A stretch of 64,000 nucleotides of DNA from Podospora anserina (Eukaryota). The translations under genes and the position numbers were made by a program. The DNA lies in contig CM030335.1 in assembly GCA_017654855.1 (NCBI GenBank), positions 3,286,001-3,350,000 on the forward strand, given 5' to 3'. Positions 39,492 through 52,385 of the stretch are shown here, piece by piece (within the stretch, counting starts at the first letter, position 1; the number at the start of each line of letters is the position of its first letter). The notes below the pieces were generated by a model that had not been told where the DNA came from, made no database searches, and saw nothing but the letters and a program-made list of their open reading frames with translations.

Positions 39492-40258
39492 TCAGATCCG
39501 GCTCTCAATCTCATCGCAGGCAGCAAAGAACTCCTCCTCCGTCTTCTTGTAGGTGCCCATTCAAATGGCTACAAATCTCATTAGCAAACAACCAACGAAC
39601 TGTTGTCATAGCATCTATCACTCACACTTAATAACGATGAGTGCATAAGAAGAGAAGGTCGAGATAGCTTGGCTCTCGACTCCCGTGTCCTCGATGAAGT
39701 TGAGAGTGATGATGATACCCTTCAAGAGCATCCCGCGCGAAACCCACTCGTTGTACTCCAAATTCTGTGTGACGGCCTCGTAGGCGAGGTGAAAGGCCTC
39801 GTTGTGGAACTCAGCAGAGTTGGAAGGCATGCTCAGGAGCTTGAGATCTGGATTGCGACGGTTAGTAGCTGGTTGCGCTCGCTCGATGAAAGCGCGGAGA
39901 GGCGTGAGGCTTGTGCTTACAGTCATTAGGGGACATCTGGATCAAGCGCTTGTGGCCGGTCTCGGCGACTGTCAAGATGGAAGAGTGGTCAGCAAGCTAG
40001 GAAAACTCGCTTGAAGGGAGTTTTTAGAGCCGAGGAGACGCCCGAAGATTGAGCCGGCCGCGCGTGGGTAGGGGACTTACGAAGGATCTCGCGAAGACCG
40101 ACGTGAGGGGGATAACAGTGGTGAATGTTGTGACCGCACTCCTTCTTGGCCATGCCGATGGTCGGCTGGTGGCAGGTGTTGACGCTGGCGTTGAGGTGGA
40201 CGGTGAGCTGCTCAAGCTGACGAGGCATAGCCGTCTTGGTCTCGACGGTGCAAATCAT
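39492..40258 (-). pseudogene. Orphan family member A (~175 aa, 4 exons) with an in-frame TGA at 39563-39561
   Basis: Introns 40080-39969, 39920-39848 and 39625-39569 have canonical donors and branch sites; homologous to B and C. Confidence 0.65.
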
Positions 40259-41450
40259 CTTGATGATTGGTTCTGGTTGCTGGAAAGATGGATGTCCGAA
40301 GAGGATAAAAGAAGTCGAGATTGTGTGGAATGTGTGAAAGTAGAAGTGGCAACGGTTGTTCGGTCTGACTGGATACTGGAAGAAAGAGAGGAGGAGGAAG
40401 ATGGGTGGAAGGACGAGACTTTGTACCTGTGCCTGAGAACAACCAGGAGCAAACAGAACGGCAGTGGGTATATAACCTGACTGGCGCTAGGAGTGAATAC
40501 CCTCAGAACAATAGGTAGTGAAGGGGGTGGCGTTGCTCGTGACTGAGAGTGTGACTAACCCTTACTCACCATCTGAATCAGCATTGCTCCCGGCCACAAA
40601 CCCAACACTTCACTCTGATCCCCTTGGTATGAAATGGCGCCAGAAGGAAGCAAATAATTGCGTTTGCACTGTCAAATTCTACCGAGCATGTGCATGAAAC
40701 ACGTGAAGTACTCCATCGGAGTATTTCCTGTGCTTTCCCCGGCCTTCGGTCTTGGTCAGGTGTCCTCAGTCTTTTCCAGCTGTCCCATGACGACCGTGAG
40801 CATCCAGGATCTTCTGGCAGCCTTCTTGGGCATAAGCATAGGATCGAATCACGGGAAGAGATTGATGAAGCTTCCCAAGGAAGACCACAACCCAGACGAG
40901 GTGAAAGAGGAAGAAAACAGCATCATTGGCCTTGAATTCGCGTACCAAGCCAGTCGATCCAATACACCGCGTCCACAAAAGCTCTCACGATTTGCAGACG
41001 TTTTTTGGTCAAGAAGACGGGGTGCAAGTGTCATTGAGTCAAGACAAAAGAGCGGTGCGGTGTGTTTCTTGTAGCAAATTTAAAGTCTGATGACCGGATA
41101 TAGGGGACGTGGTACATTTGTAAAATCTGTGTATATCCCACAATTTGAAGATGTGTATTGATCTTTGGTCCATAACAATAGAGCTGTTACCTTCGAGTGT
41201 GAATGGCAGTGCTATCCTTCATTTCAGATGCTAGAGACTGACATCCCTCGGGGGTTCAGGCTGGCGACTGGATCATTGGCAAGGACTAAAACCAAGCGAT
41301 GAAGAAGAGTTTGGATAAGAAACACAAGCGGCAGATAAAATTATGGTCCACTCCCCAATTGATTTTCCCAGCCCCTTCTTATCCTTAAAGCTACTTTCTT
41401 GTCCGGTTTCCAACCCTGTTGCAGAAACATCTCCAAATGATGCCCTCTGA

Positions 41451-41985
41451 TCAAATATTGGCGGGGCCTTGATGAATGGTATTGAGCAGCTCCTCGCAAG
41501 TCCAACCATTTTGCATGTAGATGTCTGCGAAGCTCATTAGTATGGTAGAAAAGCTAGGACTTGGCTGAGATTCAAGCCATCTTACCATAGAAGGCCCGGA
41601 AGCAGGCGGAGTAGAAGAGAGCGCGGATGAGCCGTAGTATTGCCCTTATTCTGGTGGTATGAGTGAACATGCACTGATTGCGATCGAAGATTTGATTGAT
41701 CTTCTGATAGGCGAGATTCAAAATCTCGGAGGTGAACTTCGCGCAAACAGGGCCCAGAACTGGGTTCCAAGCGCCGAGGAGATACTCGTCTACAAGCAAT
41801 GTCAGCCGCACGCACGAGGGCGGATCGGATGAATCAGACATACATCTTCGTCGGTCAGGACAACCAAACGCTTGCGAGAGATGGAGGTAGCCGTTTGGTT
41901 TGATTAGCATATATCTCGTGGAACGCCAGACGACGACGACTCCGTCAAGGGCATTGTTGAAGTGAGGAGCGCACTTACAAGCCAT
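41451..41985 (-). CDS. Orphan family member B (small helical protein), apparently intact
   Basis: Introns 41843-41790 and 41585-41525 (possibly also 41978-41873) give ...WNPVLGP..KFTSEILNLAYQKINQIFDRNQC...LFYSACFRAFYDIYMQNGWTCEELL... Confidence 0.65.
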
Positions 41986-43054
41986 GTTTGATCTTTTTTG
42001 ATAGACGGAAGTACGATGTATGCAGACTGGATGATAGCAAAGCTTAGTCGAATGGTTGCGATACTGGCAAAGGTGAGAGGTTGATCTGTTGCGGGTTGGG
42101 TGGGGAGAAGGAAGAGGAGAAATGAGAGGAGAGGATGATATTTTATATCTGCAGAGCTGCGCTGGGAGCAACAGGCGGGTGGGATGGACAAACGCAGGGC
42201 CCACCTTAGGTGAACTGGGAGACAACAATACCTGACTGCGGGGCGATATTCAATGTCATGGTTCGGGAGGAATGTCGAACCGCACTCTTCCACATGATAT
42301 GGGCTCGTTTTCCAAGCTGAAGAATCATGTGTCCAAACACTTTGAAAAGCTTTTAGCAAGGGAATCAAGTATCTACCTATCCGGTTAGAAAAAGAGGAAA
42401 TACAAGATGCCTGTATCGGAACGGAGGACGATGCTAAGAGTCAAACCAGGTGTTGTTTTGCATGTTAACTTGGTGTGTTTCAACCCGTGACCTACTCTAC
42501 TTATAAGGACCCTGCGAGTGTATATAGGTATACACTGATGTTTGCCTGTAGACGTATGTAGAAAAGATTAGTTGGTAACGTGCTATGATGTCTGGTACAT
42601 CAGCCACGCCGTGAGGCAAGATGTTCAAGCATGCGGATACAAGTAACGAAAGGACTAGGATTCAAGCACTGATCACATGGCATCCGTCCTCGAGATCTTC
42701 CGAAAGCCTCCTGATCAGCTCCAACCAGTGCATGTGGCCACTATCTTCACTCCATTCCTGGGCAACCCCAACGTCGCCCGTCGCATTGCCTCTTACTTCG
42801 GGAACTATATAAAGTAAACCTGGGTATACTCGCATCGTACCTATCGTAGGATATCAAGAACACGAACCCTTTCAAAAAACGAGACAAGAAACGCGCATGA
42901 AGGACTTCACACAAGGGACGAGAAATGTAGAGAATATTGTCAATTCATGAGGCCTTCCGTCCGTTCGCCCAGAAACACAAATAGCCCCATGGAGGTCCAC
43001 CAAGGAATCCTGCTAGCTACCTCCTGATACCGACCAGCCGTGACCCAAAACTGC

Positions 43055-43513
43055 TTACTTCTCCTCTCTGATCTGAGCAAGGATCTGACGCTCTGTAGCC
43101 AGAAAGTGCTCGCGAGTGCGGCCGAAGCTGATCCAAATATCTACACCTCAATCAGCATCAATGCACAGTGGTTGGAGAAGTGTGAAACTTACCCTCGAGG
43201 ATTCGCAGGGATGCAGCGACGAAAAGAAGGAGAATGATGTCACCGCCGGAGCGGTTCTCATCATAGGTTCGAAGAACATCGGTGAAGAGGCTCCGGAGCG
43301 AGAGGCATTGGTTGTCTTGTAACAGCTCATGGATGGGGATGTAGGTCGTGATATGAACATCCTTGGCGAACTCGTCGTTGGGGCCAACGATCGGGTTGAA
43401 TTCCTCAGTCAGTCAAGAAAGGCTGGCAACATACAAGAAGGCTTCTGCCCATTGGAAAAAGCACGCGAGTTGCGTTGCTCGAAGGCCTTATTGATCGAAG
43501 TATGAGAAATCAT
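43055..43513 (-). pseudogene. Orphan family member C; first intron or acceptor appears deleted
   Basis: Exon FNPIVGPNDEFAKDV...DNQC...LFVAASLRILE, intron 43192-43141, then DIWISFGRTREHFL...*. There is no frame-compatible acceptor after the GTATGT donor at ~43434. Confidence 0.6.
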
Positions 43514-45372
43514 GGTGTAATGCTTGTGGGTTGGTGTTGAGTGTGGACGTGAGTGAATGTTAAGACAAGGTTCAGTGAAGGCTGAGTAGAATGAAGTGAT
43601 CGGAAATGTGGTTGTCTGGTGTGGCTGTGATGAAAGGAGAGAGGATAGAAGAGGAATTATCTGGGAGGAGGGACGATATTTTATAATTAAACAGGAGGTG
43701 GTGGGGCAGGGCCACAGCGTAAGTGAATGAATGACAGACCCACTGGAAGTGAATATCGACAATAGCTTCAAAAGTCTGCAACGCGGTGAGAGATGGTATC
43801 TTCTCCACAATCTCCCTGTATCAGACACCAACGCCTGCTTGGCCCTTCCAAAGAGGCAGCGAATAAGAGGCAATGGGAAAGTGAACAAAAGGTATTTAGG
43901 TAGAAATTCAGGGGGGTGAATCAACCACTGCACCTAACGATGATGCATTTCAATTTCGTGCTTGTATAGGTAAATGTTGACCCAATTGCTTCTTTCTCCA
44001 TCATGCCTGCTATGGAGTAAGCCTTGCAACAGAGCAAAAGGGACTGTTTGTCTGCATAAAGGGGCGCCGCTTGCTGAAGCCAACTGGGGAAGTTTGCGGA
44101 GGTCTCGATGTCAAACCTTCCACATCAATCAAGGAATGACCGACTTTCCCAACACGGACTTCAAGCTGCCAGTCAGTGACAAGCGTGATTACCGTTTGGG
44201 CTTCATAACTATCTCTGACCATCGACAGGAACAAGTGGGTGTGGCATTAAGTGACGTCTCCCTCTTCTAGCCGCCTTCCTTGCTGTCGACCCTGTGTTTC
44301 TACCGTGAGTTTGAAGCATCCACCAAAACCGCCTGTTGTAGTCAAATGACTGCAGCAAATTTGTCTATCAAACCACCCTGGTCATAGCCACTGGCCCAAT
44401 AAGGCGCTTTTTGTGATTGTAACTTGTACCTAACAGGCTCTAGCCATAATTACGTGGTAATCTGATCAAATCAGACCATTTAGCGGGTTCATTATGCTAA
44501 AGCATGGTATGAGGAGGACGGAGTAAGCCACCAGTCAAAACCAGGGCTGTTATTGGACGCTACGAAGACATTAGGGCTAAACGATTCTAGCTGCCATGAT
44601 CTCGCTTCCTCGAGGAAAAGCCCACCACTTTAGAACACTCTACATTCAGGCAGTAAGACATTGAAAAAGTCCCATCTGAAAGCTGCTCAGGTTGACCTCG
44701 ATATTCTTGAGAGAAAGGGGAATGCTGCGAGTATGAGAGGGATGGAACGGGTGGAATCTTATGAAAGATGGTGCCCATGGTTGTCAGGCTGCGAAAATGG
44801 AATGCACATGGGTGCACCCTTGTCAATCTCTAGGTACATACTGTGGAGTATTCAAAAGCAGACAAACCCATCGTGCTGATTTCTTTGTGTTGATGAGCAA
44901 TGGAAGATGGGGTACAACCCTAACCCAGGAGCGGCTGTGGGTAGGGTTGGTAAAAGGGGGAAGTGGGGCCTACCTTGTCCCGGGGACTTTGGGGCTGTCG
45001 GTGCAGCTGGACCAAGACAACGATCAAATAAACGCATACCGAGCAATTGATGGAAGCGTAGAACGATAGTCTCAGAGTTTATGTCCTGCAAATGTCATTG
45101 AGCATGCTCGGTCGATGACAATAGGTATTGTCATGACTGGATTGTTCTTTGTCGAGCTTTCCGGAAGCATCGCGGCTGGTCACGACAAACCCCTTTAAAC
45201 AGCAGACGTTCTTTGTGAGACTTGGCGAGAAACATCAATGAAACGTCAACATTAGAAGTAGTTATACCCCACGTAAAGTGAGAAATACGGTGTAAGCTGC
45301 TCCGACCACCTTCCCCGTCCCGTGGATCAAGGTGTTCAAGTCAATTGCGTCGAGTCTTCAACTTCTCTCACA

Positions 45373-48300
45373 ATGGCGCAAGATCCTGCGCAGCAGTCTC
45401 CCGAGGACCCTTCAGCTGGTCAGCTGGTACTCTCACAAAATGTCACCCCCAGTGAACCCAGGGAATGGCCCGAGGCGATCCCGCAACCTCACTGGGTGGA
45501 GAATCCACCAAGGACCGAGTGGAGGCGGATGGTCCGATGGGGCATGTGGCGGTTCCGTGAAACCGGCGAGCATATGAATCTCAGCACCTTCCAGTTCCCT
45601 TGGTGGGCAGCAGACTTCCCCCCGTTCATCCCCCTTCCCGGCAAGTACAAGGGCCCGAGAGTCCCGACAGGATACAAGCCCGCCCCTGGCGGGAACGACG
45701 GCGAGGCACCGGCTGAGGACTTTTTCAAGGCGAATAAGTTTGAAGAATTCACAGAGCCCCCACAACCGCTGACGGATTCGCCTTTTGTGGCACAGGCCCC
45801 ACGAGAAATCGTTACCTTCCTCGAGAATTACTACCGGCTCAAGTTTGTCAAGGTGCTCGGCTGGGGAGGTGAGGGCATCGCGATTCTTTTCGTACACTCA
45901 AGAGAGGATGGGACGTGGTACTTTGTCGCCAAGGCCCCTATCGACCAGGAGGGATGGGATGGTCTGAAGCGGGAGGAGGCTTTTCAGCGCAAGTTCACGG
46001 GCGCTCAGCATATCGTTCAGCTTGCGCCGCTGGAATGGGTTTTACAACCTGATTTAGAGAATCTTGGAATGGACCTGCCACTACAGCTTGATCTCGACAT
46101 TCCTCACCCGCCAGATGTTGAGGTCGCCTCGGCGGTGATGCTGTCGGAATTCCTCCCGAGCGGAAGTCTTGCCAAGCTGATCAACGCTTTGAATCTGAAG
46201 CCGCATCTCAAGCCGGTGCCCAACTACTTTGCCTGGAACATCTGGCTCTGCAGTAAGTGAATTTCCCGTTCCACGGTAGACCCAAGGGCACTTACCTTGC
46301 ATATTAGTGGTGAGATCGCTCGTGGAATTCAAGTACAGCCCGCAAGAGAACAAATATGATCAGGGAGACGGCTTCCCGGTATCCATCACATTTGACGATG
46401 TAATATCGGGAAAAAAAGACAACATTCATTTTGACCTTGATCCTGCCAACTGTGAGTTAGCTGTCTCCTGCAGCCAAAACAAGGTTTCCCTCAACCATGA
46501 AAAGGCTAATGTGATTTAGACATATTTGGTGACCGTGGGGTCGGCTGGACCGATGATCAACACTACATCGCGCCCGTTCTCAAAATGGCCGACTTTGGCG
46601 CCTCTGAGACTATCGAACAGAACGTTTTGTTCAATAATCCGTAAGTATGCGACCCTGGTGTGCAAACGATGAGATTCAGGTAGGGGGTATCTGACTGCGT
46701 CTCCCTCCCTGTCTTTAGGTTCAAGATGTGGGGATATCGAGTCCGTGGCAAGTTCTCGTACTGGGCCCCTGAACAGTTCTCAGAAGAGTGGGATTATGTC
46801 GAGGCACTGCCACACGATATATTACCTCCAGACCACGTTGTTGCCGGAAAATATTCCTGGAAGCTCAATCTCTGGCAGGCCGCTCAGGTAAGCAACCATC
46901 TCAGCATTGATTACCTACCGGTTGTTACTGTGACTAACCAAGTTCAACACCATTCAGTCTATGGTTACGCTTCTGACGGGAATGTACCCAGAGTCACCAC
47001 CCATTCCCACATGGATGGAATTCGGTCAGGTGGAGGGATGGGGTTACGGTGCCTACGTCTTGGAAGGGTTGAAGCCATACGTTGACCCTCGCCTCACAAA
47101 CATCTTGGCGCGCTGCATGATGGAGAACCCGGATCACCGACCTGATATCGGCGAGCTGCAAGGCGAAATGGTGGCCATATTGGGACATTATCGACATCTC
47201 GGGCAGCAAGAAGGTAACCCGGACGAGACGGACTGGCCAAGGAACTGGCACAAAGCTCCATATGAGGAGCAGACACCATGGACAGATAGACAATTGCATG
47301 CATGGGTAGATGAAGCTCTTTACCAACCCGCATCCGCGCTGGCTCCTGGTGTCCCCCCTCCGGCAGACGACGGGGGACTAAGTCCAGCACAAATGGAGGA
47401 TGCTCAAGTTAAAGACGTGCAACAAGAGTTGAGCGAGTCTCAGCGGGAAGAACTATTTGACAAGTGGGCCGACAAGAAGAGCCAGGCGTTTAAAGATAAG
47501 CTGGATGCCATGCAGGAGGCCCAAGCCATGAAGATGTACGAGAGATGGTGGGACCCAGCCCTGGAAAAGACAGAGACGTACAAACGGCAAAAGGAATGGA
47601 AACGATGGCTCAAAACAAGACCTCCAGCTGAGCAAGAAGAAGTCGACGCGATGTCTCAAGCTGAGCAACAGGCCGCTTTCGAAAGCTGGCTCGCCAGGAG
47701 AGTGAAGGACGAAGAACAGGAGAGGCGATTGCAGGCCTACATCAAGCACCGTGATTGGAAGCGGGAGTTCAATCTGCTCTGGGCTTCCAGGCCCGCCGAC
47801 CACCCTCCAGAAACCTACTACTCCTGGGTGTTGCAGATGGCCAAGATGGAAGCCACTCGGCCACACACGGATGCCTACATTGCCGACTGTGTTGAGCAGA
47901 TCAACGACTATGTCAAGCAGCAGCATCAGGACATGATTTCCCAGCTCGACAAGAGGGCAGAGAGGCGTATTGCAGAACAGCGAGATATCATAAGACAATC
48001 GGGTCAGCCGCATCTGACACCCCTGGAAATACAAGTGATAAGGCGTTACTACGATGAGGACATTTCGATATATCTTCCCACGCTGGGGACCAGTCTCTCA
48101 AGGCGTATCTACCGGCTGCAGAAGGAGATCTTTGGCCAAGACTGGCATATTGGGAAGTCCAGTCAGATGATCAGCCCATTCCGTTCGATTCCTTCCCTGG
48201 TGAATCAGGACAGAATCGTACCGTACAAGCACGACGGCAATCCTCTTCCTAGCTCAAGCCCGCCACTGAGTCGCACTCCTACCCCGGATCCCCCACGGTT

Positions 48301-50866
48301 GGATTCTGCTCCTGGCGGAGGAGGAGGAGGAAAAGGAGATGACGACGACGACGACGACGATAGTGATGATGGTGGTGATGGCGGAGCTGGTGGTGCAGCT
48401 GACGCCAGTGGTCCTAGTGCAAGCGGAGGCGGTGGAGGAGGAGGAGCTCCTCCACCCTCTGTTAGTAACGACGATGATGGTGACGATGATGTTGGTATGG
48501 GTGGCCCTGCTCCGGCACCACAGCCTCAGGGACCAGTGTCAAGATTCAACCCAAGTGCTCCTGTCTTCTACCCCGGTCCGAGAGTGGCTCCATCTCCGAC
48601 TGGTCGCCGTGGCGGTCGCCGTGCTCCACCTCCGACCGATCGCCCAGCTCCCTCCGCGCCTCCACCCCCGCCTCCACCGGAGGTCGACCCTTACGAAGTC
48701 GAGTTTCCTGCGCTTGGTACGCCAGGCCCAGTTGTCCCTAAGCGTGTGGTCACCACCCAGACTGGACAGAACGATGTCAAGGACGCCAGGAGAGCACGGC
48801 GGGCAAACAACCGAAATCTCGATCGCGTTTCTGTTCCATGTGTTGGGCCTAGTACCGATTCTGCAGCGGCCCCTCCGGCTATCACCATAACAGCCTCTAC
48901 TCCTACAGCTCCTCTAGCTGCTAGCCCTGCGGTTGCCATTATTCAGGAGCGGATGCAAGAAATAGGATTGGCAGGGCCAGCAGCACCACCACCTCAGCAC
49001 TTCCAGGCGCCCCATTTTGGAAATCCAATCCTTCCTATGCCGGAATTGGAGAACCCCAGATTCGGAGCACCGATGCTGCCGCCCATCGGACAACCAGGAA
49101 CGGGACTATCGCTGTGGGACCCGGACGCAGCTTCAGCTCGATTCGCTGGGCCCCTGCCGCCGGGCGTTCCGGTTCCGCCACAGTATCGACATCTTGCCCA
49201 GCAACAGCCTCTTCCTCCCGCGCCATTCCCATACGGCAACCCTCCCCAAGGCGCTTATGGTGGTCCTCCAGTAGCTGGTTCTTCGGTACCTGGTCCTTCT
49301 GCACCTGGTCAGCAAGGCCGCCCCCGAGGACGACGTCCACCATTTAAACCCGAACCTGGCAGAAACTCCATGCCACTTCCAAATGGAGGGCGCGTTGACC
49401 GTTGGGGAAATTGGTTCCATGATCCACAGACAACACCCCCTTATGTCTGGAGAGATCCTAAGATCCGACCTCGCTCGCCTACGCGTCCCCCGCCGCCGCC
49501 TGGAATGGTTTTGCCCCCCTTCCCAAACTGGGACTCACCTTGGCTGGATTATGTGTACCCTAGGGACTACGTCGCTCCGCTTGTGAATGGACAACCGCCG
49601 ACGCCCAAGACGAAGTACCAGAAGCAGAGAATGGAAGAGGCAGACAAGGTCAGGGAAGAGGATGCGCGAAGGGAGAAGGAGAAAAAGACACGTGAAGAGC
49701 AAAGGGCTGTCATGCAGGCTAGACATCAACAACGCTTGAGGGAAAGGCAGAGACAGAACCAAGATTACCAGCCTCCGGATGAAGGTGAAGGCGAGATTTC
49801 ACCTAGGTCACTACAAGCCTTCCGAGTCTGGAAAAAGAAGAACAAGCGGGCGGAAAGAGTACAGGACGCGAGAAGGGAGAGGGTCCTGGAGCGGGGGAGG
49901 GAGATTGAGAGGGAAAGACGAATGGAAGAACCGCCTCCGCCCCCGCCGCCCAACTCACCTGACGCGTTGGATTTCCAGAGAAGATTACGAGAGGTCTTAC
50001 AACGACGTGCCGACAGAGCGCAGGCGGCAGCAGAGCGAAGGGCCACGATAGCGGATGCACAATGGAGATTGGAGATGGAGCGTGACCATGACCCCGCGAA
50101 CATCGACCGAACCAATGTTGGTCCTCCCCCACAGTTACCCCCTCCTCGCCCGCTCACCCCCTTGCGAGGAAGCCCAACTTCACCACCATCACAAAGGGCT
50201 GGACGGTTCGGGCCTGTTGGTCAAGACCGCGTTGAACACGATCCCGACAGTGATATAGAGGGTCGGCCTCCACCGCCGAGAAGGGAGCGCTGGTGGCATA
50301 CCAGATCTCCTTACAATCAGGGAGGCCGCAACTGGATGCAATCTAGCTCGTCCGACGAGGATGAAGACACCATCCTCAGATCCCCAGATTGGTTTCGACG
50401 AAGGCAACAACAAGAACGGGCTCTCGATGCCAGAAGGCAAGGCGACAGGGTGCTGTCTGGTCGTGTCAGGCCCCAACCCGAACGCAGATCCCTGCTCTCG
50501 CGCTTGGTAGACTTCAGCACGGCCATCACGTCCCCGCCTCGGCCCGGGCGTTGGGGTGTAATCGGCGCAATTGATGGATGGTTGAGGAACCAGGGCAGAA
50601 CCTCCAACGAGACCGGGAGCCCATTGCGGCGGCGGAGGGACTCGGGAGCGCCAGGGCGGAATCTAGGTGTGGATATCGATGCACTACCTCGGATTGAATC
50701 ACTCACCCGGACGGTGAGGCCACGGCCCGTACCGTTTGAGGAACCATGGGTATCACTGCGGCGGCAGCAGCATCAGCAACGTCAGCAGCAGCAAAGACGT
50801 CAGCAGCAGCAAGGGGGCCAGCAGCAGCAGGAAGATCAGGACGTGGTTATGACGGACGCAGATTAA
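45373..50866 (+). CDS. Atypical protein kinase with a very long Pro/Arg/Gln-rich C-terminal tail (~1750 aa)
   Basis: GWGGEG, FVAK, HFDLDPAN, ADFG and WAPE motifs assembled through introns 46253-46307, 46452-46519, 46641-46718 and 46888-46957. Confidence 0.8.
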
Positions 50867-52385
50867 AATGATTCGAGCTCCACCATCCGACCGCCACGTC
50901 GTTGAGCGCTTGGTGTTCGGACAAATTTTGTGGTCAGTTGAGGGCAGGTGCCTTTGGCAAGAAAATGGCGCTGATTAGGTAGTTTTCTGGGTTGGTATTG
51001 TCGGGATGCTGTTCGACAGTATTGGAAACAGGATTGGAAAAGGGATTTCGGATAGGATCTGCTTGGAACTTCGGGGTTTCTTTGGCGATTATCTACGTAT
51101 TTAGATACATAAATTTTTTCTCCCAGTATTCCACTCACTCGCTGCCGTTTTGATAACGCAGGTGCTCATTGGGAATGACGACAGTGGTTTCGGCGTCGAA
51201 GTGGCCTCTCGGCAATCCTGCGCACAGACCGCTATTGTTTATTTTTCAAGGGGCTCTCAGGGGTAATGTGGACCGCCTTGCCAGCCCTAACCCTGCCTCC
51301 AGGTTAATGTTACACTTTCTCCCATTAGCTGTTGTCTGAAACCTAAAACAACTTGAAAGATCTTCCATATCACGTCAATGATTACGACTGGTGTTAAATG
51401 TCTCTTGGTGCATGAAGCTGATCCTAGCAATCTATTCCTGTCGTACCTTTGATTCCTTTCTTTACCCCATTCAATATAAGTACCTGTTTACCAGTGTTAA
51501 GGGCCTACGGCTGGGTAGAGGAGTAGCTTACAGGTAAAGGATTGAATTGTCGGATGAAGAAGAGATGAAAGAAAAGGTAGATGAACTATATCACACCTCA
51601 CAATGTCTTGTCATACCTCCCAAGGCCTCTGAACTTCCCCTGCAAAGCGTACGAAATATCCACTGAAACTATCCGAACCTCCTCGTATTTCCTCGTATCT
51701 CCTACAAACTCCTGCCTCCCACGTTAATCTCAAGCCACGTCAAACACCAAATAACCCTAACCCGGATATCATCCCATAACAGCCAGTAGAAAGCCACAGC
51801 AAATCCTACTCGTTGACGGATCCATCACCGACGGGAATCCTCATCTGTTCACTCTGAGATCAATTCATTCTAAGCCTCTTGCTTTGCCGCAGACCTTAAT
51901 TCCTTAATCTCGCTATTCTGAAGACTAAGACGTCTAAATATATTGCGAGTCAGCATATATTCCGACATAACACTGAACCTATTGTATGTTGCTCAATATA
52001 TGTAGGAGGCAAAAATAGCTTGAAATACACGTACATACTGGATGATTTGTTAAACAGCCTGGACCGGACGGCGGGCGTGCGGGGAAGTTACATCGACAGC
52101 ACTGGACTTTTTTTATTCGCCATGGAGCGGAATGTTCTGTTATAGGATGATATCCGGGTTAATATTTTTTATTTTGGTGGGCTCGAGAGGCGGGAAGGTT
52201 ACTTGGGATACGAGGACTGGAAGTCCGGAGGGTTTGGTGGGTGTAAAAAGGACATCGTGGGAGGTGCATTTCCTCTTTCTTCTCCTTTTTCTTTATCCGA
52301 CAATTCAATCTTTTGCCTGTGACCTGCCCCTATACCCAGCCGTAGGACCATATCATGTTCCACACAAAACAAAAAGAATACTATA

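Noticed and set aside
40658-41074. 138-aa plus-strand ORF between paralogues A and B
   Set aside because: No motifs and no homology to neighbours visible; cannot be supported.
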